From an uncultured Eggerthellaceae bacterium (GTDB taxonomy: Bacteria > Actinomycetota > Coriobacteriia > Coriobacteriales > Eggerthellaceae): a stretch of 64,000 bases of DNA. Shown piece by piece: positions 19,180 to 28,708 of the stretch. The stretch is taken from NCBI GenBank assembly GCA_964649145.1, contig CAZYOQ010000003.1, positions 13,492 through 77,491 on the forward strand, in the 5' to 3' direction. The position numbers were made by a program, and so were the translations under genes. The stretch's first letter is position 1; each line of letters starts with the position of its first letter. Below the pieces are notes generated by a model that had not been told where the DNA came from, did not search any database, and worked only from the letters and a program-made list of their open reading frames with translations.

Positions 19180-19313
19180 GTTCCCAACAATAGGGCAAAA
19201 ATCATAAAGACAAACAGGCAGACAAGAAATGCCAACCCTAAGATCCCAAGCACTAGGTATTTGAGAATCTCACCACAGCCAATATTGATATCAATTCGGT
19301 TGTCTGCCATCAT
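19176..19313 (-). CDS. unannotated 45-aa hydrophobic micro-protein (smORF-B)
   Basis: Sequence MMADNRIDINIGCGEILKYLVLGILGLAFLVCLFVFMIFALLLGT. An AGGAGG SD lies just upstream of ATGATG. Its start overlaps the last 8 codons of the MerR gene in another frame. Its stop shares CTAG with the convergent XRE stop. Confidence 0.45.
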   Translation of the reverse strand: MMADNRIDINIGCGEILKYLVLGILGLAFLVCLFVFMIFALLLGT

Positions 19314-20463
19314 TGCCTCCTAACAGGTCTAAAATTTTCGCTACTTTTCTGAGTTCTTCTGGATTGAAAGCCTTGGTTCTCCTGAGGCTGAGATAGGTGT
19401 TTAGCTCTTCGTTAAAAACTGTTTCTATCATAAATACAAGCGTATACGAGGCCAGCGTTACGAGATCTGTGCGTTGGTAAAGATCAGGAGAACCTTTTCC
19501 GAGCATTGCTATTGCTATTTGATCGACAAATTCGTTGGCCTTCTCAACTGATGCAAGAACGTCTGTATCGGAAAGCTGTGCTATTTCTGCGAGAAGGCCG
19601 TCTGTGTTTTTTATAAGACTTTTGATATACATGAAGAATAGGTGCATCTCAATAAAGCCCGCAGTGCCTTTCCCGCCGATCTCTTCTGCTCGGAAGGCTA
19701 AGAAGTCTCGATCTTCAAAGACTGCCCAAAAACCTAGATAGCCGATTAGATCAAGTGGGATAACGATCACTTCCCACAGTTGGCAAAACATTTTCAGAGG
19801 CGTTTTAACCCCGGCAAATCCGGACGCGGCATCAATACTTGAATATTTATCAATAACGGCATCAAAGGTTTCTAGTATCTCTGTATTTTCAGGAGCGTTT
19901 TCGTCAAACTCATCTAGATGCTTACAAGCTATTTCATAGAGATTGCAAGATCTTGATAGGTTGGCAAGCTCTTCCAAAATAGCAGGCCCGCACATCAAGC
20001 CATCTATCAGGTTCGAATCTGTTATGGCTGTAAATTTGACGAATAAATCTAGGTTGTGCAGGCGCGTGGCAACACGCTTAAATTCAAGAAGCTTTTCTGC
20101 AAGCATTTCTTGTACATCGGATTCATCTGCGTCAAGCACATGTCTAACTTCATCTAGCGAAAACCCATATGCAACCAGGGTAACTATCACCTGAAGCTGC
20201 TCAAGGTCGGCTGCGCTATAAAGCTTGCGGTTGTTTGCTACGCCTTCTCCGGTGCGTTCAGGGCTCAATAAGCCTATCTTGTCATAATGGCGAAGGGTAG
20301 CTACCGTGACGCCTGTTAGTTTTTCGACTTCGCCAACTGTAAGCCGCACGTCTTCACTTGGCATTTTGGTACCTTCAAGAGCTGTAATTATGCGGTCTTG
20401 CTTTTGATCTAATCCGCTCTCTCCAGCCTTGATGCGTCTTTTTACAAGTTTTCGTCCAGCCAT
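19291..20463 (-). CDS. MerR-family transcriptional regulator with large helical C-terminal domain
   Basis: HTH LTVGEVEKLTGVTVATLRHYDKIGLL. A strong AGGAGG SD precedes the ATG at 20463. The roughly 250-aa C-terminal domain is of unknown type. Confidence 0.85.
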   Translation of the reverse strand: MAGRKLVKRRIKAGESGLDQKQDRIITALEGTKMPSEDVRLTVGEVEKLTGVTVATLRHYDKIGLLSPERTGEGVANNRKLYSAADLEQLQVIVTLVAYGFSLDEVRHVLDADESDVQEMLAEKLLEFKRVATRLHNLDLFVKFTAITDSNLIDGLMCGPAILEELANLSRSCNLYEIACKHLDEFDENAPENTEILETFDAVIDKYSSIDAASGFAGVKTPLKMFCQLWEVIVIPLDLIGYLGFWAVFEDRDFLAFRAEEIGGKGTAGFIEMHLFFMYIKSLIKNTDGLLAEIAQLSDTDVLASVEKANEFVDQIAIAMLGKGSPDLYQRTDLVTLASYTLVFMIETVFNEELNTYLSLRRTKAFNPEELRKVAKILDLLGGNDGRQPN

Positions 20464-20674
20464 GCTCCTCCTTTCGTTTCTGGGAAGTGTAAACCCTGAT
20501 GTCGCATCGGGGTCAATAGCGAATCACATTTTTTCTGAACAGAAAACTAGGTTGTTTTTCTCTACTAGTTTTTGATGTGGGCGTCTAAGTAGTTTTGCAC
20601 TGTGACAAAAGCAGGCAAAAATTTGGGGCATCGGCTCATTTTTTTGATGAGCAATTAAAAAAAGGAACTTACGC

Positions 20675-23600
20675 TTGGATAATTTGATGGCGATTGTTAT
20701 TATATTAAGCTTCAAAGGAGGCGTATGTATCACTTTGTTTCAGGAGGGAAACAACTCTAGCGTTTCCTCGGTTTTGGTAGGAATTGACGTAGGATCGACA
20801 ACCGCTAAAATCGCGGTTTTGGATGCTGCGACTCATACCCTTATGCATCATAGATACCTTCGCCACCATGCTCGTCAAGCAGAATGTGTGGCCAAGCTTT
20901 TGCGGGAATTTAACGAGTGTTTTGGCCATGTTTCTGCTCGCACTGTTTTCTGCGGATCGGGCGGCGCATCGATTGCCAATGCGCTTGGCCTTCCATACGT
21001 ACAAGAGGTAGTTGCCAACGCCCTTGCCGTAAGCTCGAATTACTCCACGGCACGCACTGCTATTGAACTTGGCGGACAAGATGCCAAGATGATTCTTTTT
21101 GAGCTAGACTCTCAAACGCACCAGCTTAATGTGTCGGACATGCGCATGAATGGAAGCTGCGCCGGTGGCACAGGTGCATTCATCGACGAGATAGCAGCTT
21201 TGCTAAAAACGCCCATCGAGCTTTTTAACGATTTAGCATCACATGGCGAGGCAGTTCATGCGGTTTCTGGACGTTGCGGTGTATACGCTAAAACAGACAT
21301 CCAGCCCTTACTTAACCAGGGAGTTTCGCGAGAAGACATCGCTCTTTCGTCTTTTCATGCTATAGCTAAACAAACTATTGGTGGTTTAGCGCAAGGGTTA
21401 GACATAAAAGCTCCCGTGGTATTTGAAGGTGGGCCTTTAACGTTTAATCCTCGCCTTATCGAGGTATTTGCCGAACGTCTTCAATTAAGTGGCAGCGACA
21501 TTATCGTTCCCGACCACCCCGAAACTATAGTGGCTTTAGGGGCTGCTCTTTCACTTGATAGCCTCTTTTCCGAAGAGCCCGCTACCCTTGACGTAGCTTG
21601 CGCCCTAAATGTTTTGGAGACCGAATCTATTTTAGTTATTGACGAAGCGCTAAATGCATTAGAGGGGTCATCTTCTGCCGCTTTAGAGCCTCTGTTTAAT
21701 AGCGATGCCGAACAAAAAGAGTTCCTGAACCTTCACGCCCTGCCTACCTCGAAAGGGCTTGTATCGCGAATCAGTAGCCAGATGAATTGCGACTCTTCGG
21801 CTCTTCAGTCTGATATCTTGCCGGAGCACTTGCGTGTTCATCTAGGCATCGACTCTGGATCAACCACTACCAAATTTGCTTTATTAGACGAAGAGGGAGA
21901 GCTGATCGACTCGTTTTATGCTCCTAACGAAGGAGAACCCCTCGACGTGGCGCGAGAGGCTTTATGCGACTTGTTTAAGGCGTATCGAGAACAAGGATGC
22001 GAGCTGGAAGTACTATCTTGCGGAACCACAGGCTACGGCGAGCTTATGTTCTACCAAGCATTTGGCGCCGACTATCATACCGTTGAAACCGTGGCGCACG
22101 CTTACGCTGCCCAGCAATATGAACCACATGCAACCTTCATTCTTGATATTGGAGGCCAAGACATGAAGGCTATGTGGCTTGACGAGGGAGTAATTACCAA
22201 TGTTGTAGTGAACGAGGCCTGCTCAAGTGGGTGTGGGTCGTTTTTGGAAAATTTCGCTTCAACGCTAAATATCCCCACTCACGACATCGCAGGTGCGGCT
22301 TTCCGTTCAAAAAGTCCTGCCAATTTAGGAAGCCGCTGTACGGTGTTCATGAATAGCAGCATTGTGACCGAGCAGAAAAACGGCAAAACTCCAGATGACA
22401 TCATGGCAGGTTTATGTCGATCAATCATCGAAAACGTTTTCACTAAGGTCATTCGTGTGTCGAATTTAGATAGCCTTGGCGACCATATTGTTGTGCAAGG
22501 AGGAACCTTTCTAAACGATGCCGTCCTGCGCTGTTTCGAGCAATATATAGGCCACCTTGTAACTCGTGCACCTTACCCTGGCCTTATGGGGGCTATTGGT
22601 GTTGCGCTTCTTGCCAAAGAACAGCAGCAGCGCCGCGCTGTAAAAATGTCGGGTACTGCTTGTGCAAGTGTTGCGCACGAGCACAGTTCGCTTTCTTCTT
22701 CGTCTTTCGCCTCGCCTACGCCTCAATCCTCATTTATCGGATGGGAGGCTTTGCAAAACTTTACTTACCAACAACAGACCAATGTCATTTGCCCCTTTTG
22801 CGCCAATCGATGCAATCGCACCCGCATTACATTTTCAAACGGCGCGTCATGGGTCACGGGCAACCGATGCCCTCGAGGGGAGGTGGTGGGCGACCCGCAC
22901 GATGCCGAAGTTCGAGAGCAGGTGCGCAAAGCCAAACAAGCCATGGAAAGTGTGCCTAACCTCTACGACGAGCGAGAAAAGCTTCTTTTTCAAGACTGGC
23001 CTTGCACCCCACTTGGCTCTCCTCGCGATGAAGTGATAGGTATTCCGCGTGTACTTTCCTTCTGGGATACCATGCCTTTTTGGAAAACTCTGTTCCAGGC
23101 ACTTGGGTTTAGTGTCAAGCTTTCTCATCCCAGCACGCGTGCGCTTTACGAGGATGGTCTTTGCGCTGTTACCTCCGACACTGTGTGCTTTCCTGCTAAG
23201 CTTGTACACGGGCATCTTCGCGACTTACACAACCAGGGCGTCGATCGCATCTTTATGCCAAGCATAACCACTGTGCCTTCAGAAAATGTGGCAACAACGA
23301 GCCAATCGATGTGTGCCGTGGTTAAGGGTTACCCTTTGGTGGTTCAAAACTCCGACAATCCTTTGCGTAGATGGAACATTCCTTTTGATAACCCGCTGAT
23401 GCATTGGTTTACCGATAAAGACCGCATCAAGCAATTGGCAGGCTACTTCTGCGATACGTTTGGCATCAGTGAGGAAGATGTTCGCGCTGCAATCAACCAG
23501 GCCGATCAGGCTCAACATGCATTCCAACAAAGGTTAAAGCAGCGTGGGGCTGAAATCTTAGACCAGGCTACAGCAGAGGGGCGTTACGCTATCGTGCTTG

Positions 23601-25315
23601 CTGGGCGCCCGTATCATAACGACTCGCTGGTAAACCACGAGCTTCCTAGCTATTTCACTGATCATGGCATACCTGTTTTAACGGCCGATGCCCTTCCCGA
23701 TATCTCGGAAGTAAATCTTGAGAACAGCCTTATCGATATCGTTAACAATTATCATGCACGCATGCTTTCTGCGGCTGTTTTGGCCGCGGCTAATCCGCAT
23801 TTGGAATACGTGCAGGTGGTTAGTTTTGGCTGCGGACACGACGCCTATCTTTCAGATGAGATCATTCGTTTAATGAAGGAGGTTGGCCCTAAAACGCCGC
23901 TAATACTTAAAGTAGATGAAAGCGACATTCGAGGGCCGTTGCGCATTCGCACCAGATCATTCATCGAAACCGTGGAACGCAGTCGCGCAAGAAACACTAC
24001 AAACGAAGGCGACAAAGCTGGCAAAGCGAATGCACCGCAAACCTTCGATATAACCCTTCAAGACCCGTATCCTCAAAAGTACAGCAAAGCCGACAGAGGC
24101 CAGCGCACTGTGCTTATACCCAATACTTCTAGAGCTTTTTGTCGTTTGATGACCTCGGTCTTTTCTAAGCAAGGCGTGCGGGCAGAATCGCTTCCTGTTG
24201 GGGGCGAACGTGCCATTTATTTGGGCAAGAAATACGTTCATAACGATATCTGCTTTCCCGCTCAAATTGTTATTGGGGAAGCTCTTGCTGCTTTGGAAAC
24301 GGGCGATTACGATCTCGATAAGGTTGCCGTTGGCACTGGCAAATATATTGGAGACTGCCGTCTGACGCACTACGCTGCCTTGCTTAGAAAAGCGCTTGAC
24401 GATGCCGGCTATGAACAGGTGCCTATCATCACCAACGACGATGTTGATGCTCATAACCTTCATCCCGGCTTTAAGATGAACATTCTTTCGGCTATTCGTG
24501 TCGCTGTTGGTCTGCCAATGATTGATGCGCTAGAGGAATTACTGCGAAAAATTCGCCCTTATGAAACGAAGCTAGGAAGCGCCAAAAAGGCATTCGACTG
24601 TGCTCTGGAGTGTGTTGTGGGCGGCATTGAACGAGCAGGGGTAAAGGGCGCAACAAAGGGCTTTAAAAAGGCCATCTCTATCATGAAGCAAGTGTCTTAC
24701 GATCGAAGTGAGCCCAGGCCAAGAGTATTAATAGTTGGCGAGTATCTTTTGAACTTCCACCCAGGAGCCAACCACAATATCGAAGACTATCTTGAAAGCA
24801 ATGGGCTTGAGGTCATTGAAGCGCGAATGACAGATGTCATTCGTAAAACATACTTCTATCAAAACTCACAGATTCGCGAATACCATGTAGATCGCCCACC
24901 ACAGCAAAAGGCTTGGTACAAGATAGCCGATACCCTGTTTGAATTCGCACACGATATAACCGACCGCATCGCCAATAAGCACCCGCTTTATACTCCGCCT
25001 TGTCGTATGCCTGAATTGGTACAAGCAAGCGACCCGATCATCCATCATACTTTTGATGCTGGGGAAGGGGTGCTTATTCCTGCAGAAATTCTGCACCATG
25101 CAAAACATGGCTGCCGCGCTTTCATTATTCTGCAGCCCTTTGGATGCCTGCCTAATCACGTTGTTGGCCGCGGCCTTTCAAAACGATTAAAAGAGCTTTA
25201 TCCCGACGCGCAGATTCTGCCTCTAGATTACGACCCCGATGTAAGCTTTGCTAATATCGAAAACCGCCTTCAGATGCTCATTATGAATATTCGAAAAAAC
25301 GCCGCTACCTGCTAG
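20675..25315 (+). CDS. giant BcrAD/BadFG-type activase fused to a 2-hydroxyacyl-CoA-dehydratase-like (DUF2229-type) region
   Basis: It has two ASKHA ATPase modules (GIDVGSTTAKIAV and GIDSGSTTTKFAL), each with cluster-ligand-like Cys residues (GSCAGGTGAF/GRCGVYA and ACSSGCGSF/SRCTVFM). A CPFCANRC..NRCPRG motif follows, then about 800 aa of dehydratase-like sequence. The start is uncertain: TTG 20675, ATG 20687 or TTG 20735. Confidence 0.82.
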   Translation: MDNLMAIVIILSFKGGVCITLFQEGNNSSVSSVLVGIDVGSTTAKIAVLDAATHTLMHHRYLRHHARQAECVAKLLREFNECFGHVSARTVFCGSGGASIANALGLPYVQEVVANALAVSSNYSTARTAIELGGQDAKMILFELDSQTHQLNVSDMRMNGSCAGGTGAFIDEIAALLKTPIELFNDLASHGEAVHAVSGRCGVYAKTDIQPLLNQGVSREDIALSSFHAIAKQTIGGLAQGLDIKAPVVFEGGPLTFNPRLIEVFAERLQLSGSDIIVPDHPETIVALGAALSLDSLFSEEPATLDVACALNVLETESILVIDEALNALEGSSSAALEPLFNSDAEQKEFLNLHALPTSKGLVSRISSQMNCDSSALQSDILPEHLRVHLGIDSGSTTTKFALLDEEGELIDSFYAPNEGEPLDVAREALCDLFKAYREQGCELEVLSCGTTGYGELMFYQAFGADYHTVETVAHAYAAQQYEPHATFILDIGGQDMKAMWLDEGVITNVVVNEACSSGCGSFLENFASTLNIPTHDIAGAAFRSKSPANLGSRCTVFMNSSIVTEQKNGKTPDDIMAGLCRSIIENVFTKVIRVSNLDSLGDHIVVQGGTFLNDAVLRCFEQYIGHLVTRAPYPGLMGAIGVALLAKEQQQRRAVKMSGTACASVAHEHSSLSSSSFASPTPQSSFIGWEALQNFTYQQQTNVICPFCANRCNRTRITFSNGASWVTGNRCPRGEVVGDPHDAEVREQVRKAKQAMESVPNLYDEREKLLFQDWPCTPLGSPRDEVIGIPRVLSFWDTMPFWKTLFQALGFSVKLSHPSTRALYEDGLCAVTSDTVCFPAKLVHGHLRDLHNQGVDRIFMPSITTVPSENVATTSQSMCAVVKGYPLVVQNSDNPLRRWNIPFDNPLMHWFTDKDRIKQLAGYFCDTFGISEEDVRAAINQADQAQHAFQQRLKQRGAEILDQATAEGRYAIVLAGRPYHNDSLVNHELPSYFTDHGIPVLTADALPDISEVNLENSLIDIVNNYHARMLSAAVLAAANPHLEYVQVVSFGCGHDAYLSDEIIRLMKEVGPKTPLILKVDESDIRGPLRIRTRSFIETVERSRARNTTNEGDKAGKANAPQTFDITLQDPYPQKYSKADRGQRTVLIPNTSRAFCRLMTSVFSKQGVRAESLPVGGERAIYLGKKYVHNDICFPAQIVIGEALAALETGDYDLDKVAVGTGKYIGDCRLTHYAALLRKALDDAGYEQVPIITNDDVDAHNLHPGFKMNILSAIRVAVGLPMIDALEELLRKIRPYETKLGSAKKAFDCALECVVGGIERAGVKGATKGFKKAISIMKQVSYDRSEPRPRVLIVGEYLLNFHPGANHNIEDYLESNGLEVIEARMTDVIRKTYFYQNSQIREYHVDRPPQQKAWYKIADTLFEFAHDITDRIANKHPLYTPPCRMPELVQASDPIIHHTFDAGEGVLIPAEILHHAKHGCRAFIILQPFGCLPNHVVGRGLSKRLKELYPDAQILPLDYDPDVSFANIENRLQMLIMNIRKNAATC

Positions 25316-25355
25316 GAATTTCCAAGGCTTAGCTTCTGTACGTTAACGTTAGCCA

Positions 25356-25964
25356 TTAAACGAGGCGCAACCAATAGCGGTAAAGCCATGAATCTGTGTC
25401 CAGCTCTGGGTGAAAAGTGCAAGCCACCTGGTTTTTGAAACGTACAGCAACAGGGCTGCCCTCAAACTCGGCCAGTGTCTCAACGCCAATCTCTGTGGAA
25501 GTGATTTTTGGAGCCCTAATGAAGGTCAGAGGAATCTTGCGGCCATCAAGTGTCAATCCAGTCGCATGAGAGCTTCCAAGTTGTCTTCCGTATCCATTGC
25601 GCTTGACGCTTACAGGTAAGGTTTGAAAGCCTTCGACCTTTAGGCGCATCTTTGCTAGCTCTTTGCTGCGCTTGTCTAAATCACCTGTTCCTTCAATGGC
25701 ATCAGCCATAAGTATAAGGCCGGCACAGGTGCCAAGCACAGCAATTCCATCATCGATAGCCTCGTGTATGGGTGCGAACATCCCTAAAGATCTAAGCAGC
25801 TTGGATTGGACTGTCGATTCTCCTCCTGGTAAAACTAAGCCATCGAAGCTTTTCTGCAAATCTAAGGCATTGCGAAGCTCCAAGATCTTGTATCCAAATT
25901 CTTGGAGTAGATGCTCGTGTTCGACGAACGCCCCTTGCAAGGCTAGAACGGCTATGGTCTTCAT
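25356..25964 (-). CDS. pdxT: PLP synthase glutaminase subunit
   Basis: The sequence begins MKTIAVLALQGAF and contains GGESTV and GTCAG. The ATG lies 1 nt after the pdxS stop. Confidence 0.9.
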   Translation of the reverse strand: MKTIAVLALQGAFVEHEHLLQEFGYKILELRNALDLQKSFDGLVLPGGESTVQSKLLRSLGMFAPIHEAIDDGIAVLGTCAGLILMADAIEGTGDLDKRSKELAKMRLKVEGFQTLPVSVKRNGYGRQLGSSHATGLTLDGRKIPLTFIRAPKITSTEIGVETLAEFEGSPVAVRFKNQVACTFHPELDTDSWLYRYWLRLV

Positions 25965-25965
25965 G

Positions 25966-26865
25966 TCACAGTCCGCGCTCTTCCATGATGATTTCAATTT
26001 CATCTGCGTTGATGCCTACCATTGCTTCACCAAGATCTTCGGAAATCTCGGCGAGGATGGCGGGGTTATCATAGTTGGTGACTGCTGCCACGATGGCGTG
26101 AGCGCGCTTAGCTGGGTCACCAGATTTGAAGATGCCCGACCCAACAAAGACGCCTTCAGCGCCCAACTGCATCATTAACGCCGCATCGGCCGGCGTTGCC
26201 ACGCCTCCGGCGGCAAAGTTGACTACTGGAAGGCGTCCCGTATCATGGACTTCTTTTAGCAGGTCGAGGGGAACTTGCAGGTTCTTTGCGGCTTCATAAA
26301 GCTCGTCTCTTCCAAGGGAGGTTATACGCCGAATCTCATTATTCATGAGACGCATATGGCGAACAGCCTGAATAACATCTCCGGTTCCCGGTTCGCCTTT
26401 GGTGCGGATCATTGATGCTCCTTCGGCGATGCGACGCAATGCCTCGCCTAAATCTCTAGCCCCGCAAACGAATGGCACCGCGAATTGGTTTTTATCAATG
26501 TGGTAGGTGTCATCTGCAGGAGAAAGCACTTCCGACTCATCTATATAGTCTATTTCTAGGTTTTCTAGGATTTGCGCTTCCACGAAGTGCCCAATGCGGC
26601 ATTTGGCCATTACAGGAATCGATACCACAGCTTGTATTTCCTTGATTAGTTTTGGATCGCTCATGCGGGAGACACCCCCAGCTGCTCGGATGTCTGCAGG
26701 TATGCGCTCAAGCGCCATCACAGCGCAGGCCCCTGCCTCTTCTGCAATGTGTGCTTGTTCGGGATTTGTTACATCCATAATCACGCCGCCTTTTAGCATC
26801 ATGGCCAATTGACGGTTTAATGTTTGCTGCTCTTTCTTTCCTTTTGCTGGTGTTTTCGTTGGCAT
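25966..26865 (-). CDS. pdxS: PLP synthase lyase subunit
   Basis: [16 protein letters not shown] and FVCG motifs. The ATG at 26865 follows an AAGGAG SD, although the ORF extends to 26913. Confidence 0.9.
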   Translation of the reverse strand: MPTKTPAKGKKEQQTLNRQLAMMLKGGVIMDVTNPEQAHIAEEAGACAVMALERIPADIRAAGGVSRMSDPKLIKEIQAVVSIPVMAKCRIGHFVEAQILENLEIDYIDESEVLSPADDTYHIDKNQFAVPFVCGARDLGEALRRIAEGASMIRTKGEPGTGDVIQAVRHMRLMNNEIRRITSLGRDELYEAAKNLQVPLDLLKEVHDTGRLPVVNFAAGGVATPADAALMMQLGAEGVFVGSGIFKSGDPAKRAHAIVAAVTNYDNPAILAEISEDLGEAMVGINADEIEIIMEERGL

Positions 26866-27106
26866 TTGAACTCCTTTTGCCTTTTGCATAGCGCCTTTTT
26901 GCTCGCCATGCACGTTTTTGTTTTTCTTGCATGTTTTGATTGGTGGAAGAGTCTAAGTTTTAAGTGACCTTATGTATATAATCAAAAACGAACTTTTAGA
27001 TAAGACCAGTTTTGCAGTGTTCGTAATGTTTTTAGGTTCAAGTCAATTGATGTACAAGGGAAGTTCTGCAAGCCTATTTGAAATTTAAGGGTGAGAAAAG
27101 GCAGCT

Positions 27107-28669
27107 ATGCTTACCTATAATCTAGAGAGATCTTCAGGGGATACGCTAGCAAACCAGCTCTATATACACATCCGAAGCGATATTGAAAAAGGCCAGATAA
27201 AGCCAGACGAGAAGCTTCCTTCAAAACGCAGCTTGGCACAGCACTTAGGCATTAGTGTTATTACTGTAGAGGCGTCTTATAGCCAACTTATGGCCGAAGG
27301 GTTCATAAGAAGCCGTCAGCGTAGCGGATACTATGTATCAAAGCTTGACCTTCCTTACAACCTAGGCACATCTAGGTTTAGCGCTTCTAGAAATGATCGC
27401 ATCAGCTCTGTAAATAACACTATTGGATTCTCAAATGACTGTAGCGACCTTGCAAATAGATGCATTGCACCAAACCTTTGCAAGGTTCAGGTTAAAAGTG
27501 AAGGGAATAATTGTCGAAGTAAAACAGTCGAAGCAATGCGAACCAGCTATCCTGTGATAGCAGATTTCACGGGAAGTAGTCCAGCCACCCAATTGTTTCC
27601 CTATAGCCAATGGGCAAAGACTATGCGCAAAGCTCTATTAGAGAACACCGAAGAGTCGCTAATCTTAGCATCGCATAATCAGGGCTCTTTGTCTCTTCGA
27701 GCCGCCATTGCTGGCTATCTTAAAGGTTTTCGTGCAATGAATGTGTCTCCAGAACAGATCATTATTGGGGCTGGTGCGCAAAATCTCTACCAGCTAATAA
27801 TTCAGTTGCTTGGCCGCAACAGCTTATATGCGCTTGAGAACCCCGGCTACAAGCGACTGGCTTTGATTTATAAAGCCAATCAGGTGAAGGTAAAGCCTTG
27901 TTGGGTTGATGAGTCGGGCTTTAACCCTGAACATCTAAAGGCAAGCGACATCAAAGTTGTTCACTGTATGCCTTCTCACCAATACCCAACGGGAATTGTC
28001 ATGCCAGTATCAAGGCGTTATGAGATTTTAAACTGGGCGTCTCACGAAAGCGATCGTTTTATTATTGAGGATGATTATGATTGCGAGTTTAGACTAAAAG
28101 GAAAGCCTATCCCCTCGCTTCAGTCCATTGACGACACAGGGTCGGTTATCTATCTCAATACTTTTACTAAATCATTAGGCTTAGCCTTTAGGATTGGTTA
28201 TGCGGTTTTGCCATGGCGCCTCGTCGAAAAATACCAGACTAAGTTCAGCTTCTACAGCAATACGGTTGGTGCTTTAGATCAATTGACCCTGACCAAGTTC
28301 ATCGATTCCGGTTCCTATGAGCGCCACGTTAACCGCACGCGTACCTATTATCGGCGAACACTTGAAGCATTTCTGGATGCTCTTATGGGCTCAGGAGAGC
28401 ATCTCTTTCGTTTACATGGAGTCCAAAATGGTCTGCATTTTCTTTTGGAAACTCCTCGGTCTTTTCCCATAGATGAATTTATTAACAACGCAAAAGGCCG
28501 TGGAGTGAAGCTATCCCGTCTGTCCGACTTCGTACTCAGGTGCAAAGATACGTCAAAACCTTGCGTCTCTTCTTCAGAACTTCAACGTTACTTTGTGATG
28601 GATTTTACTTCTCTTACGTTGGAAAACGCCGCAAAGGCAGCAGAGGCTTTAATAGCTTCTATCCCGTAG
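27107..28669 (+). CDS. pdxR: MocR/GntR-family PLP-dependent regulator (PdxR-like)
   Basis: N-terminal GntR wHTH (LPSKRSLAQHLGISVITVEASY) plus a C-terminal fold-type-I aminotransferase domain. It is divergent from pdxST. Confidence 0.8.
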   Translation: MLTYNLERSSGDTLANQLYIHIRSDIEKGQIKPDEKLPSKRSLAQHLGISVITVEASYSQLMAEGFIRSRQRSGYYVSKLDLPYNLGTSRFSASRNDRISSVNNTIGFSNDCSDLANRCIAPNLCKVQVKSEGNNCRSKTVEAMRTSYPVIADFTGSSPATQLFPYSQWAKTMRKALLENTEESLILASHNQGSLSLRAAIAGYLKGFRAMNVSPEQIIIGAGAQNLYQLIIQLLGRNSLYALENPGYKRLALIYKANQVKVKPCWVDESGFNPEHLKASDIKVVHCMPSHQYPTGIVMPVSRRYEILNWASHESDRFIIEDDYDCEFRLKGKPIPSLQSIDDTGSVIYLNTFTKSLGLAFRIGYAVLPWRLVEKYQTKFSFYSNTVGALDQLTLTKFIDSGSYERHVNRTRTYYRRTLEAFLDALMGSGEHLFRLHGVQNGLHFLLETPRSFPIDEFINNAKGRGVKLSRLSDFVLRCKDTSKPCVSSSELQRYFVMDFTSLTLENAAKAAEALIASIP

Positions 28670-28708
28670 GCGAACTTTCAAACGCGGACGCTAAAACAGC
28701 TTGAATGA

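Noticed and set aside
26866-27106. PdxR operator in the pdxS/pdxR divergent region (TAAGTGACC / TAAGACCAG, TCTAAGTTTT / AACTTTTAGA).
   Set aside because: The repeats are short and imperfect, and I cannot recall a precise PdxR consensus to compare with. Regulation is likely from the gene arrangement, but no specific site is supportable.
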